DNA of 47,191 nucleotides from Desulfurococcales archaeon. Lineage in GTDB: Archaea > Thermoproteota > Thermoprotei_A > Sulfolobales > Desulfurococcaceae. The notes under the pieces are model-generated. The model ran no database searches. It had not been told where the DNA came from and worked only from the letters and a program-made list of their open reading frames with translations. Below are positions 10,105 through 19,925 of this stretch, in pieces (positions within the stretch are counted from its first letter, which is position 1; each line of letters starts with the position of its first letter). The DNA is taken from positions 1 to 47,191 of the forward strand of contig JALVYU010000003.1 in assembly GCA_027022365.1 (NCBI GenBank). The letters are read 5' to 3'. The position numbers were made by a program, and so were the translations under genes.

Positions 10105-11223
10105 ATGGTGGTCGTAAGACTGATGAACGTGACCAAGGTGTTCAGGACAGGTGTCGTGGGCGTCAAAGACATTAATCTGACCGTGAACCATAAGGAGTTC
10201 ATGGCACTCCTGGGGCCGAGCGGGAGCGGTAAATCCACAACCCTCTACCTCATAGCGGGTATCTATAGGCCGAGCTCGGGCAAGATATTCTTCGATGACC
10301 GCGACGTGACGAATCTCCCGCCAAAGGACAGGAACATAGGGCTCGTATTCCAGAACTGGGCCCTATACCCACACATGAGGGTTTACGACAACATAGCATT
10401 CCCCCTCAGGATAAAGAAGCTTCCCGAGAACGAGATAAGAAAGAAGGTTTTAGAGACGGCTAAAATGCTTAGAATAGAGAAACTACTTAACAGATATCCC
10501 TGGCAACTCAGCGGTGGTCAGCAGCAGAGAGTAGCCATAGCCCGCGCCCTTGTGAAGGAGCCCGACGTATTACTGCTGGACGAGCCGCTCTCCAACCTGG
10601 ACGCCCAGCTAAGGATAAGTGTTAGAGCAGAGCTCAAGAGACTGCAGAAGAAGCTAGGAATAACGACGATCTATGTCACCCACGACCAGGCTGAAGCACT
10701 GGCTATGGCGGACAGGATAGCCGTGATCAACAATGGTAGGATCATACAGATCGGTACCCCCGAGCAGGTCTACACGAAGCCAGCAACAGTATTTGTCGGA
10801 GGATTCCTGGGCAATCCACCCATGAACTTTATAGAGGGAGAAATAGTTGAGGAGAAGGGCAAGCTCTACATAGTCATCGCAGGCCAGAAAATCTTTGCCC
10901 CCGCACACTACGAGCCAATAATAAGGAGGGGAGGATGGAGAAAAGTAGTGGTCGGGTTCCGCCCCGAGGACACGATGATACTACCAGAATGCAGGGACAG
11001 GAACGAGTGTGTTAAGGGGAGGGTCTACGCTGTTGAGCCCATGGGGAGAGAATACATAGTCGTCGCTGACCTTGGCGGGGAACTGGTTAAAGCAATAGTG
11101 CCCAGAACACTCGTGCTGACCGATGATCAAGAGATATGTCTTTGCCCATCCCTTGAGAAGATAGTCTTATTTGATCCTAAGACCGAGAAGAGCCTCGAGG
11201 TACTAGCTGCTGAGAAGGAGTGA
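10105..11223 (+). CDS. Sugar ABC transporter ATP-binding protein (MalK-like)
   Basis: Walker A GPSGSGKS, LSGGQQQR, LLLDEP, YVTHDQ and a C-terminal regulatory domain. ATG 10105 follows GGGGTGA. Confidence 0.95.
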   Translation: MVVVRLMNVTKVFRTGVVGVKDINLTVNHKEFMALLGPSGSGKSTTLYLIAGIYRPSSGKIFFDDRDVTNLPPKDRNIGLVFQNWALYPHMRVYDNIAFPLRIKKLPENEIRKKVLETAKMLRIEKLLNRYPWQLSGGQQQRVAIARALVKEPDVLLLDEPLSNLDAQLRISVRAELKRLQKKLGITTIYVTHDQAEALAMADRIAVINNGRIIQIGTPEQVYTKPATVFVGGFLGNPPMNFIEGEIVEEKGKLYIVIAGQKIFAPAHYEPIIRRGGWRKVVVGFRPEDTMILPECRDRNECVKGRVYAVEPMGREYIVVADLGGELVKAIVPRTLVLTDDQEICLCPSLEKIVLFDPKTEKSLEVLAAEKE

Positions 11224-11228
11224 GACAA

Positions 11229-11567
11229 TTATTTCTTATAGCCATACCTAATTCTCGCCCATATCCTCTCGAACAAGTAATATGCTGGTATCTTGACCAG
11301 GACTTCTAGTACACCGAACTTAAGTCCTAGGACAGGGTTTCCCGTCAATACATATATGATCAGCGGGGATACTACAAATGACTGATAGAACCTATATGAT
11401 ACTGCTTTGATAAGGCTACGCTTACTGTTCTCGCGTGGTTTTGCAATAATTTTTGTGACGTCGTCATCCTTTATGGTCTTTAACTCCAAGCCTATCTTCT
11501 CCGCGTAGCGCCGGAGTTCTTCCAGTTTTTCTCTTGAACCGTTCTCGACAACTATTGTTACGGCCAT
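11229..11567 (-). CDS. DUF2061-like small membrane protein with soluble N-terminal extension
   Basis: C-terminal half RSLIKAVSYR...YYLFERIW fits the DUF2061 pattern as I recall it. Confidence 0.7.
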   Translation of the reverse strand: MAVTIVVENGSREKLEELRRYAEKIGLELKTIKDDDVTKIIAKPRENSKRSLIKAVSYRFYQSFVVSPLIIYVLTGNPVLGLKFGVLEVLVKIPAYYLFERIWARIRYGYKK

Positions 11568-11578
11568 TTCTCGTCCCT

Positions 11579-11624
11579 TTAATTAATTTTAATTAACCGC
11601 TTCTTAATTAAACTTAATTAAGAA
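11579..11624. promoter_or_regulatory. Cluster of four TTAATTAA palindromes; candidate operator
   Basis: TTAATTAA at 11579, 11589, 11604 and 11614. 11601-11624 is TTCTTAATTAA-AC-TTAATTAAGAA, a perfect inverted repeat. Confidence 0.6.
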
Positions 11625-11726
11625 CCATATAAAAACACAGCGACCCTAAGTGTTACAAGTACAAACAATACATTATCCCTTATAATACCTGAGAACAGGC
11701 TATGATTAGAAGAAACGGTGTATTAT

Positions 11727-12645
11727 ATGATTAGGAGATAAAACTACACTCTACATATTATTGGCGGGAGCAATCCTGGCCGCAATAGCCATAGGCTTAC
11801 TTGCTTACAATGCACAGACGGGAACATACAATAATGAAACAAACAATGAAGTAGCCATAATAACCAGTAACAATGAAACCGTATCACCAGCCATCACTAG
11901 TATCGAATTGTCTGGCTCCTGGCATGGAAGATACAACAGTAAATCCGGGAGCGGAGAATGGATGTCCACGTTAACCGAGAAGGACGAGGACCATTATGTG
12001 GGAGAACTAATGACGAATGATCCATACTCGACACGAGGTGAGAAGATTCCGGTAATGGTTCATGTGACAGGCGAGACAATACTGACCTACATACCAGCTC
12101 TCGAGATGAACATTACAGGGAGAATAGTGGACGGAGAGCTACAGGGTACATGGAGGCTTTCCAACGGCGCAGATCAGGGTGAATGGAGAGTCATGAGAGG
12201 GGCGACAGTAATAACAGACACAGAGACACCCGCAATCATGATTACTACCTCGAAGGAAACAAGTACCATGGAGGCTAACCCATATAATAGTGCCTAAGAG
12301 GTCAGCCCGACGAGCCAAGAGCCATATAATAAGATCGTGATAGACATGAAGAGGATGTTGGCATAGATAGTCGGATGAGCTAAATTGACCCACGTGGTCT
12401 CAGGTAGTGCCAGCAGGATGTACGTTGAATACATTGTCAAGATCGAGATCGTTCCCGGAAAATACAGCGTGGATAAAATAGGCTCAATGCTCATAGAAAT
12501 GGGTTACACCGTGACGACATAAGCTGATACAAACGATGAATTCGTGATCGTGTTCACCTATATGTACGAAGACAAGGTAACGTATATCACGGTAGCAGGC
12601 AAAACTGGTTGCCGGATCGTATCGTTATTAATCAACTATACGTAA
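11727..12645 (+). pseudogene. Decayed secreted/surface protein gene
   Basis: ATG 11727 after GGTG is 1 nt out of frame with the hydrophobic signal segment. The 11761 frame continues protein-like through stops at 12295, 12364, 12376 and 12520 to TAA 12643-12645. Confidence 0.65.
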
Positions 12646-12720
12646 GATGACTATCTAGTAAAGGTTTTCTCCCGCTACCAAAACGTTTTGTTTCGGTTCC
12701 CTTCACCGACGAGAAACTTA

Positions 12721-13212
12721 TTATTGGATCTTTAATCCAACCCTGTACTCCTTACCCCTATACCTTACTATAAAGCCCCCAGGTATCTCCTCGATCTCGA
12801 CCGGCTTTTCAACGCCTCCGATACTGACTCTTAGTTTCGCCTTGAACGCGATCCCGGCAACATATAGTATGTTCTCTAGGCCTGGGAGTTCTCTGAATAC
12901 CTCGATCTTTTCTAGCTTCTTCCTCTTGTACTCGAGGAATCCAAGTACTGCAGCTGTGAGGACGCTTATCTCTTCGGGAGAAAGGCCCGGTGGCAGGACA
13001 AGCTTTTCTTCCGCCGGCTTAGCCTCTAGGGGTTTCTCGGCCTTCTCCTTGGTCTCAGGAACTCGTTTTACTGGTTTAGCCCTCTTATAGAATAGGGGCT
13101 TGAAGCCGGCCATAATGGCTGCAAGTATGCTTAGGATTACGAATACTACTGTTACCCCTATCACTGTGATCTTGAGGCCCTCAAGCACTTCTGTTAAGAT
13201 GCTGAGGATCAT
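12721..13212 (-). CDS. oadG: Na+-transporting decarboxylase gamma (OadG-type) subunit with C-terminal extension
   Basis: Single N-terminal TM (GVTVVFVILSIL), Pro/Lys/Glu linker and an EEISVLTAAV helix; directly downstream of oadB. Confidence 0.8.
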   Translation of the reverse strand: MILSILTEVLEGLKITVIGVTVVFVILSILAAIMAGFKPLFYKRAKPVKRVPETKEKAEKPLEAKPAEEKLVLPPGLSPEEISVLTAAVLGFLEYKRKKLEKIEVFRELPGLENILYVAGIAFKAKLRVSIGGVEKPVEIEEIPGGFIVRYRGKEYRVGLKIQ

Positions 13213-13218
13213 CTTTTA

Positions 13219-14346
13219 TCACCCTCCTAGAAGGCTCAAGAACACGCCTGCGACGACTGCTGTCCCTATAACTCCGGCCACGTTGGGGCCCATGGCGTGC
13301 ATCAGTATGTGGTTCTCGGGATCCTCTTCTAGCGCTAGTCTTTGTACTACTCTTGCGCTCATTGGGACGGCCGATACTCCGGCGGCACCAATCATTGGGT
13401 TGATCTTCTCTTTGCTGAATAGGTTCATGAGTTTGGCGAACAATACTCCTCCAGCAGTAGCGGATGCAAAAGCGACTATTCCCAGGCCTAAAACCATGAG
13501 TGTTTTAGGTGTTAAGAATGTTTGAGCCTGCATCGTGCTCCCGACGCCTATACCCAAGAATATCGTAACTATGTTCATGAGTTCTTCACTGGCCGCTTTC
13601 CGGAGCCTTTCTACAACCCCGGATTCTCTAAATAGATTACCTATCATTATCATCCCTATTAGTGGAGCTGCGCTCGGTACTAGGAGGCCGACAACTATCA
13701 TCGTGATGATCGGGAATATTATCTTCTCTTTCTTCGATACTGGGCGTAGCTGCTTCATCCTGATCATTCTCTCCCTCTTCGTGGTCAGGAGCTTGATGAC
13801 GGGCGGCTGGATCAATGGGACAAGGCTCATATAGCTGTAGGCAGCCACCGCCGTCGCCGCGAGGAGATGTGGTGCAAGCTTGATCGTTAGATATATCGTT
13901 GTAGGACCATCTGCTCCACCAATGATACCTATGCTAGCGGCCTCCTTGACATTAAACCCCAACAGTAGTGCAAGCAACATCGCCACGAAGACTCCTATTT
14001 GCGCGGCGGCGCCGAGCAAGAGGCTCTTAGGATTAGCTATGAGGGGGCCGAAATCAATCATCGCGCCTAGGCCCAAGAATATGAGAAGCGGTACGACCTC
14101 TGTGTCTATAAGGTAGTGCTTCACGAGGTACAAGAACCCTGTTGGGGGCTGCGTAAGCCCTGTTAGGGGCAGGTTTACCAAGACGGCTGTGATGCCTATC
14201 GGCAAGAGGATGAGCGGCTCATAATTCTTCTTCACCGCAAGATATACTAGGCCGAGGCCTATCAGGATCATCACTATGTTGCCGACGGTGATGTGCAGTA
14301 TACCAATGTTCTGTGCTAGTGCTGTGAAAACATCCACATCGTTCAC
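13219..14346 (-). CDS. oadB: Na+-translocating decarboxylase beta subunit
   Basis: [44 protein letters not shown] and [12 protein letters not shown] signatures. Confidence 0.96.
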   Translation of the reverse strand: MNDVDVFTALAQNIGILHITVGNIVMILIGLGLVYLAVKKNYEPLILLPIGITAVLVNLPLTGLTQPPTGFLYLVKHYLIDTEVVPLLIFLGLGAMIDFGPLIANPKSLLLGAAAQIGVFVAMLLALLLGFNVKEAASIGIIGGADGPTTIYLTIKLAPHLLAATAVAAYSYMSLVPLIQPPVIKLLTTKRERMIRMKQLRPVSKKEKIIFPIITMIVVGLLVPSAAPLIGMIMIGNLFRESGVVERLRKAASEELMNIVTIFLGIGVGSTMQAQTFLTPKTLMVLGLGIVAFASATAGGVLFAKLMNLFSKEKINPMIGAAGVSAVPMSARVVQRLALEEDPENHILMHAMGPNVAGVIGTAVVAGVFLSLLGG

Positions 14347-14481
14347 CGTCTAATGACGTGTTGAACATTAATTGAATATATTACGGAGAAATTAAAGCTT
14401 TGAGTTAAATCGGATCACAAATAGGTTTATCGTGTCCAAAATACATTCTTCATACTGGAAGACCGCGCTGGTGATCTGCTT

Positions 14482-15759
14482 ATGTTCGACCCAAAAGAGA
14501 TAAGAAAAGACTTCCCCATCCTCGAGAAAAAAATACATGGTAGACCGCTGATCTACTTCGACAACACGGCCACGACGCAGAAGCCACGCCAGGTCATAGA
14601 GGCCATAGTTGACTTCTATACCAAGCACTATGCGAACGTGCATAGAGGCCTCCACACGCTGAGCCAGGAGGCGAGCCAGCTCTACGAGGAGGCCCACGAG
14701 GTTCTCGCCAAGTTCATCAATGCTTATTCATGGGAGGAGATAGTGTTCTGTAACAATACAACCGATGCAATAAACATTATCGCCTACGGGTGGGGCCTTA
14801 AGCATCTCCGTGAGGGAGACGAGATAGTGATAACGGTAATGGATCACCACAGCAACATGCTTCCATGGAGGAACGTGGCAAAGCTAACCGGCGCGAAGAT
14901 AAAGTATGTGGACATAACCGATGAGGGTTACCTAGACTACGAGGACCTCGAGAAAAAGATAACGGAAAAGACAAAAGTAGTGGCTTTCCCCGTCATGAGC
15001 AACGTCCTCGGGACGATAAATGATGTTAAGAGAATCGTCAAGCTAGCCCATAGTGTCGGAGCAATAGTCGTAGCGGACGGTGCTCAGAGCGTACCCCACA
15101 TGCCAACTGATGTTAGGGCGATGAATGTGGATTTCCTAGCCTTCAGCGGGCATAAGATGCTGGGACCAACAGGGACGGGTGTCCTCTGGGGTAGGAAGGA
15201 TATTCTCGAGGACATGATGCCCTTCAAGGTAGGGGGAGACACGATCAAGGATGTGACGCTAGATAATGTTATATGGCACGACCTCCCATGGAGGTTCGAG
15301 GCGGGAACACCCAACATTGCCGGCGGTGTAGGGCTCGCCGAGGCTGCCAAGTACTTGATGAGGCTTGGGATGGAGAATGTTAGGGCTCACGAGAAAGAGC
15401 TCGTAGCATATACGCTCAAAAGATTCGATGAGCTCGGAGACGATGTGCTACTGACTGGGCCAAGGAATCCTGAGCACCGCGGCGGAGTAATAAGCTTCAA
15501 TGTCAAGGATCTACATCACCACGTCGTGGGGCAGGCTCTCGACTTGTTCGGCATAGCTGTTAGGACTGGTATGCACTGCGCTCACCCGCTACATTATAGG
15601 CTCGGGCTGAAGGGCACGGTTAGGGCGAGCTACTATATCTACAACACCAAGGAGGAGATCGATATATTCATCGACGCATTAAAGGAGATCATAAAGATGA
15701 GGCCCAGCCTGAAGAAGATGAAAGAAGGGATGACCGACCTAATATGTACCGGGACATAA
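14482..15759 (+). CDS. sufS: SufS-family cysteine desulfurase
   Basis: YFDNTATTQKP, NVHRG, FSGHKMLGPTG (PLP Lys), EAGTP and RTGMHCA (catalytic Cys). Confidence 0.95.
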   Translation: MFDPKEIRKDFPILEKKIHGRPLIYFDNTATTQKPRQVIEAIVDFYTKHYANVHRGLHTLSQEASQLYEEAHEVLAKFINAYSWEEIVFCNNTTDAINIIAYGWGLKHLREGDEIVITVMDHHSNMLPWRNVAKLTGAKIKYVDITDEGYLDYEDLEKKITEKTKVVAFPVMSNVLGTINDVKRIVKLAHSVGAIVVADGAQSVPHMPTDVRAMNVDFLAFSGHKMLGPTGTGVLWGRKDILEDMMPFKVGGDTIKDVTLDNVIWHDLPWRFEAGTPNIAGGVGLAEAAKYLMRLGMENVRAHEKELVAYTLKRFDELGDDVLLTGPRNPEHRGGVISFNVKDLHHHVVGQALDLFGIAVRTGMHCAHPLHYRLGLKGTVRASYYIYNTKEEIDIFIDALKEIIKMRPSLKKMKEGMTDLICTGT

Positions 15760-15798
15760 GGTTTTTCGCATCTAAAAACCATGAAGAGTCACATGTTC

Positions 15799-17547
15799 TT
15801 ACTCTGGCTTGATATATAGTATCGGCTGGCCAGACTCTAGGTTTTCTCCCTCCTTAGCCGTGACGGCTGATACCACGCCGTCAATAGGGGCGAGTATGTC
15901 TGTTTCCATCTTCATTGACTCGAGGACTGCTACTTTCTGGCCCTTCTTGACCTTGTCTCCTGGCCTAACGAGGATCTTTAGTACTTTGCCTGCCATGGGA
16001 GAGGATACTGGTTCTCCCTCGGGCTTACCCGCCGTAGTGCTCGTCTTTTCTTCCGCTTTGGGGAGCTGGGCCTGGATTGTGGGCTGTATTAGTGGTAGAC
16101 TGGTCTTCACGGTCTCGAGCTCGACACCCTCTATGCCGACCCTGTATTCTCTCCCGTCGATCACTACCGCTATTACTTTGCCGTAGAGCCTCGGTTTTTC
16201 CGGAACTTCTATCTTGCCCTTTTTACGTAGCTCGAAGAACTCTTTCGCAACCTCTGGAAATAGGCAGTATGTCAGTATGTCTTCTTCCTTCTCGAGGTAG
16301 CCATGGCTCTCGACCCACTCTCTGCACTTGTCAAGCATCGGCTCGAGTAGATCGGCTGGCCTAACTGTGATCGGCTCCTCGTCTCCCAGTATTAGCTTCT
16401 TTATCTCGGGCTTTATTGGGGCTGGTGGGCGGCCGTAGAGTCCTTTAACGTACTTCTTGGTCTCTTCCGGGATAACCTTGTATCTCCCCATTAAGACGTT
16501 GAGGACTGCTTGTGTACCTACTATCTGGCTCAGCGGAGTAACTAGTGGTGGCCATCCAAGCTCTTCCCTGACCCTTGGCACCTCCTCTAAGACCTTGTCG
16601 AGCTTGTCGAGGGCATTCTGTTCTCTCAGCTGTGCTATCAAGTTGCTGAACATCCCGCCTGGGATCTGGTGGATTATCACGTCTGGGTTGGGCAGGAGTA
16701 TTCTTGGGTTAAGGAGGTGGCTATAATTCTTCTCGATCACTTCTTTGAGGTATTTCGATATCTTGTTTATGACCTTCATGTTAATGTTGGGCTTATGCTC
16801 TGGGGGCAGCGCATAGTATACTGACTGTATACCGGGCTGGGCCGTGCCGAATGCAAGGGGGCTTATCGCTGTATCTATAAAGTCTGCCCCTGCCTTCACG
16901 CTCATAAGATAGGTCGCCACCGCCAGTCCTCCAGTGGCGTGTGTGTGGACGTTTACTGGTACTTTGAATCTTTTCTTAAGCTCGCTTACAAGCTCGTAGG
17001 CTACATGGGGCTCTAGTATCCCGGCCATGTCCTTGATCGTAATCGTGTCTACTTCTAGGCTCAGGAGCTCCTCGGCCAGCCGGATATAGTAGTCTACATT
17101 GTGGACGGGGCTTATAGTGTAGCACATAGCTCCCTGTACGAGAGCCCCTACCTTCTTCGCGGTCTTTATGCTGACCCTCATGTTACGTACATCGTTTAGG
17201 GCGTCGAAGACCCTGAATATATCTATACCGTTCTTGTAGGCCAGCTCAACAAATCTAACGACCACATCGTCCGGGTAGTGCCTATAGCCTACCAGGTTCT
17301 GGCCTCTCAGAAGCATTTGTAGCTTGGTGCGCTTAACACGCTCACGTATAAGCCTGAGCCTTATCCACGGATCCTCCTTTAGGAAGCGTAGGGGCGCATC
17401 AAATGTTGCTCCTCCCCATACCTCGAGGCTATAGAAGCCAGCGTCATCGATTATCTCTGCTATGGGTAGCAGGTCGCGTGTCCTGAACCTAGTGGCAAGA
17501 AGCGATTGATGAGCATCACGCATCGTAGTGTCTATGATCATAGCCAA
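15799..17547 (-). CDS. oadA: Oxaloacetate decarboxylase alpha subunit (carboxyltransferase + biotinyl domain)
   Basis: RDAHQSLLATR, WGGATFD, IKDMAG, HTH, LVTPLSQIVG and the biotin site ESMKM. Confidence 0.93.
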   Translation of the reverse strand: MAMIIDTTMRDAHQSLLATRFRTRDLLPIAEIIDDAGFYSLEVWGGATFDAPLRFLKEDPWIRLRLIRERVKRTKLQMLLRGQNLVGYRHYPDDVVVRFVELAYKNGIDIFRVFDALNDVRNMRVSIKTAKKVGALVQGAMCYTISPVHNVDYYIRLAEELLSLEVDTITIKDMAGILEPHVAYELVSELKKRFKVPVNVHTHATGGLAVATYLMSVKAGADFIDTAISPLAFGTAQPGIQSVYYALPPEHKPNINMKVINKISKYLKEVIEKNYSHLLNPRILLPNPDVIIHQIPGGMFSNLIAQLREQNALDKLDKVLEEVPRVREELGWPPLVTPLSQIVGTQAVLNVLMGRYKVIPEETKKYVKGLYGRPPAPIKPEIKKLILGDEEPITVRPADLLEPMLDKCREWVESHGYLEKEEDILTYCLFPEVAKEFFELRKKGKIEVPEKPRLYGKVIAVVIDGREYRVGIEGVELETVKTSLPLIQPTIQAQLPKAEEKTSTTAGKPEGEPVSSPMAGKVLKILVRPGDKVKKGQKVAVLESMKMETDILAPIDGVVSAVTAKEGENLESGQPILYIKPE

Positions 17548-17732
17548 TACTATTTCATCCCCATAACCCTGTTATCAATGAAGCACGTTATTCAACATAA
17601 TACTTTATGGGATTTTATAATTTATTAATTGAATACATATACAATTCACTCTATTTGAGACTATAGGTTTATTTTGGCCTTGATACAAAGAGATAGTCAT
17701 ACTCTTCACGTATGTATTGGGTGCGAAAAGAT

Positions 17733-18521
17733 ATGCGTATTAGAGGCTTTACAGTAGCTGTTATCGTATCCTTAGTATTAGTACTGTTATCAATAGGCAC
17801 AGCAGCATCAAGCCCCCCCGCATGGGCTAGGCCTGGCGCCTTCATAGAGTACAGACTCACGGGCATTATAGAAGCGAATCCCCCGACAAAAGATCTGCCT
17901 CCACACTACTCTGCATACAGTATTGTCAAATTTGAGATCATAAGCTTTAACAACACTATGGCTGAGGGAAGATTCTCCGTACTGGAGAACAATGACACTC
18001 TTCATATATTCAAGTCGTTCATGGGCTATGAAGGAATGGAGACGAATGGATACATTAGATGGGATGAGAACTTCACGATAAGATTCCCGCCCCTCTATCT
18101 CTCCCCCTCAAAACTCCCGAAGAACGGGCATGTTCATCTACAGCGCATAATCACTGGTAACACATCAGTTACACTGCAGGTTAATGATGCGTGGTACGAT
18201 ACAAGTACAGGTGTGCTATTGAGAGCCGATTACATAGTAGACACAAATGTGACCGGGGGAGAACAGAATGGTAGGTACTTTACACATATCATGTTCGAGC
18301 TCGTTGGCAGTAATTTCGTCCCCGGCCACATAAAGAACTATACTGTAACAACCACCCCTTCGACGACTACTTCCAATCAGGCCGAGACCTCTCCGGAGAT
18401 TGTGAATACAAGTGGCTCTCACGATAATAGTATGTACTACCTTGTCGCGGGATTCCTTGGACTAGGAGTTATAGGTCTCATAGTTTACTATGCTAGAGAA
18501 GGACGTAGGAATAAGAAATGA
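17733..18521 (+). CDS. Secreted protein with C-terminal membrane anchor, function unknown
   Basis: Signal peptide, WARPGAFIEY, YDTSTGVLL, T/S linker, TM and basic tail. ATG 17733 follows GGGTG (the ORF track starts at 17712). Confidence 0.75.
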   Translation: MRIRGFTVAVIVSLVLVLLSIGTAASSPPAWARPGAFIEYRLTGIIEANPPTKDLPPHYSAYSIVKFEIISFNNTMAEGRFSVLENNDTLHIFKSFMGYEGMETNGYIRWDENFTIRFPPLYLSPSKLPKNGHVHLQRIITGNTSVTLQVNDAWYDTSTGVLLRADYIVDTNVTGGEQNGRYFTHIMFELVGSNFVPGHIKNYTVTTTPSTTTSNQAETSPEIVNTSGSHDNSMYYLVAGFLGLGVIGLIVYYAREGRRNKK

Positions 18522-18677
18522 CGCCATACTACAATGTATCACTAAATATTTAATCTAATTAGATCCAAGAATTTTTATTCTAAGATTACAATGTAATAAT
18601 ACATGAAAACAACATTATCATTAGTGTTGCCAGAATAAAATACAAAACACGTACACTAATCATATGGGTGCCTAACC

Positions 18678-19925
18678 TTGAATGCATTAGTGATTAGCCT
18701 AGCCAGTAAGCTACATAGCAAAGAATATTATTCAAAGCTCTACGAGAGTTTCAAAAGGTTCTTCCGAAGCCTTGGGGGCATCAAGATTATCGAGGAGCCC
18801 CAGTATAGTGTGCCGGAAATACCCCGTGATAATTATGACTTAGCATTCATAGTTATACTTACAGGAGGTACCAGCAGGCTTGCCGAACAGACAGTGAGGA
18901 AACTGAACATACCGGTTGTACTCATAGCTCATAATAGACATAATAGCCTGGCCTCAGCCCTGAGTGCTAGGGAGAGGATCAGGAAGCTGGGAGTTAAGGT
19001 GTTGCTTGTCCTAGCTAATGACGAATACACTCTAGCCTCTAAGCTAACACCGATAATCAAGGGGATAAGTACGGCCATAGCGTTATCTAAGCTCAGAGTC
19101 CTAGAGGTAAATAGAGAGGGCCTCCCCAGTCCGAGGGCCAAGTACTTCATGGAGGTAACCGGCACCAAGGTAGAGGCTGTAAGCTATAAAGAAGTATTGG
19201 AGAAAGCAAGGAAGGCTTCCGAGGAGGATCTCAAAGAGATAAGGGATTCTGTAGCACTACACATCGATACATCGGGGGTAGACCAGGAGTATCTCGACAA
19301 GGCGCTCAGGATATACTATGCGTTAAGAAACATAGTCCTAGAGAAAGGATACAATGCTGTCTCCATAGACTGTTTCCCGTTCCTCATAGAGTATGGTGTA
19401 ACACCCTGTCTAGCTGTGGCAATGCTCAACAATGACGGCATACCTACCGCTTGCGAAGATGATTTCTATAGCCTCATAATGCTGTTCATAAGCTTGAACT
19501 TCACCGGCAAGCCAGGTTGGATAGCAAATCCGAGCGGCGCAACCGACGATGGATACCTCAGGTTTGCTCACTGCACAATAGCGCCGAGCCTGGGTAAGAG
19601 CTGTTACCTCGTTCCACACTTCGAGACCGGTAAACCGTACGCTGTTACATGCAGGCTTTCAGGAAAGAGGTACGTGTTTGGGAGAATAACAACTAATTAT
19701 ACCGGAATAGTATTGTATCGGGGCAAGAAGATCAGTAGCGGATTACTAGAGCCGGGATACTGTAGGACACAACTGGTACTCGATACTGGTCCCCTCGATG
19801 TGGATAAGTTTATAGAAGGAGCTGTGGGTAACCATCACGTGTTCATGGAGTGGACCAATGATATAATAGAGGCTTTCAAGGCCTTGGCATGGTGGATGAA
19901 TTGGCGTTTAGAGATAAGAAACTAG
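18678..19925 (+). CDS. L-fucose/L-arabinose isomerase-related protein
   Basis: TGGT, NSLAS, IDCF, TPC, ACEDD, FAHCT, HFETG, CRTQ and GNHH motifs. Confidence 0.82.
   Translation: MNALVISLASKLHSKEYYSKLYESFKRFFRSLGGIKIIEEPQYSVPEIPRDNYDLAFIVILTGGTSRLAEQTVRKLNIPVVLIAHNRHNSLASALSARERIRKLGVKVLLVLANDEYTLASKLTPIIKGISTAIALSKLRVLEVNREGLPSPRAKYFMEVTGTKVEAVSYKEVLEKARKASEEDLKEIRDSVALHIDTSGVDQEYLDKALRIYYALRNIVLEKGYNAVSIDCFPFLIEYGVTPCLAVAMLNNDGIPTACEDDFYSLIMLFISLNFTGKPGWIANPSGATDDGYLRFAHCTIAPSLGKSCYLVPHFETGKPYAVTCRLSGKRYVFGRITTNYTGIVLYRGKKISSGLLEPGYCRTQLVLDTGPLDVDKFIEGAVGNHHVFMEWTNDIIEAFKALAWWMNWRLEIRN

Noticed and set aside
12295-12522. In-frame stops as selenocysteine or pyrrolysine recoding
   Set aside because: The stops include two TAA and accompany a frameshift, so pseudogenisation is the simpler explanation.
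14392-14697. 101-aa antisense ORF over sufS, and similar shadow ORFs (e.g. 13100-13525, 21686-22171, 24135-24584, 36354-36803, 39531-39965)
   Set aside because: They lie opposite or inside well-supported genes and have no motifs, as expected for shadow frames.
18553-18597. Short AT-rich palindromes upstream of the isomerase-like gene
   Set aside because: Six-bp arms in AT-rich DNA are expected by chance.
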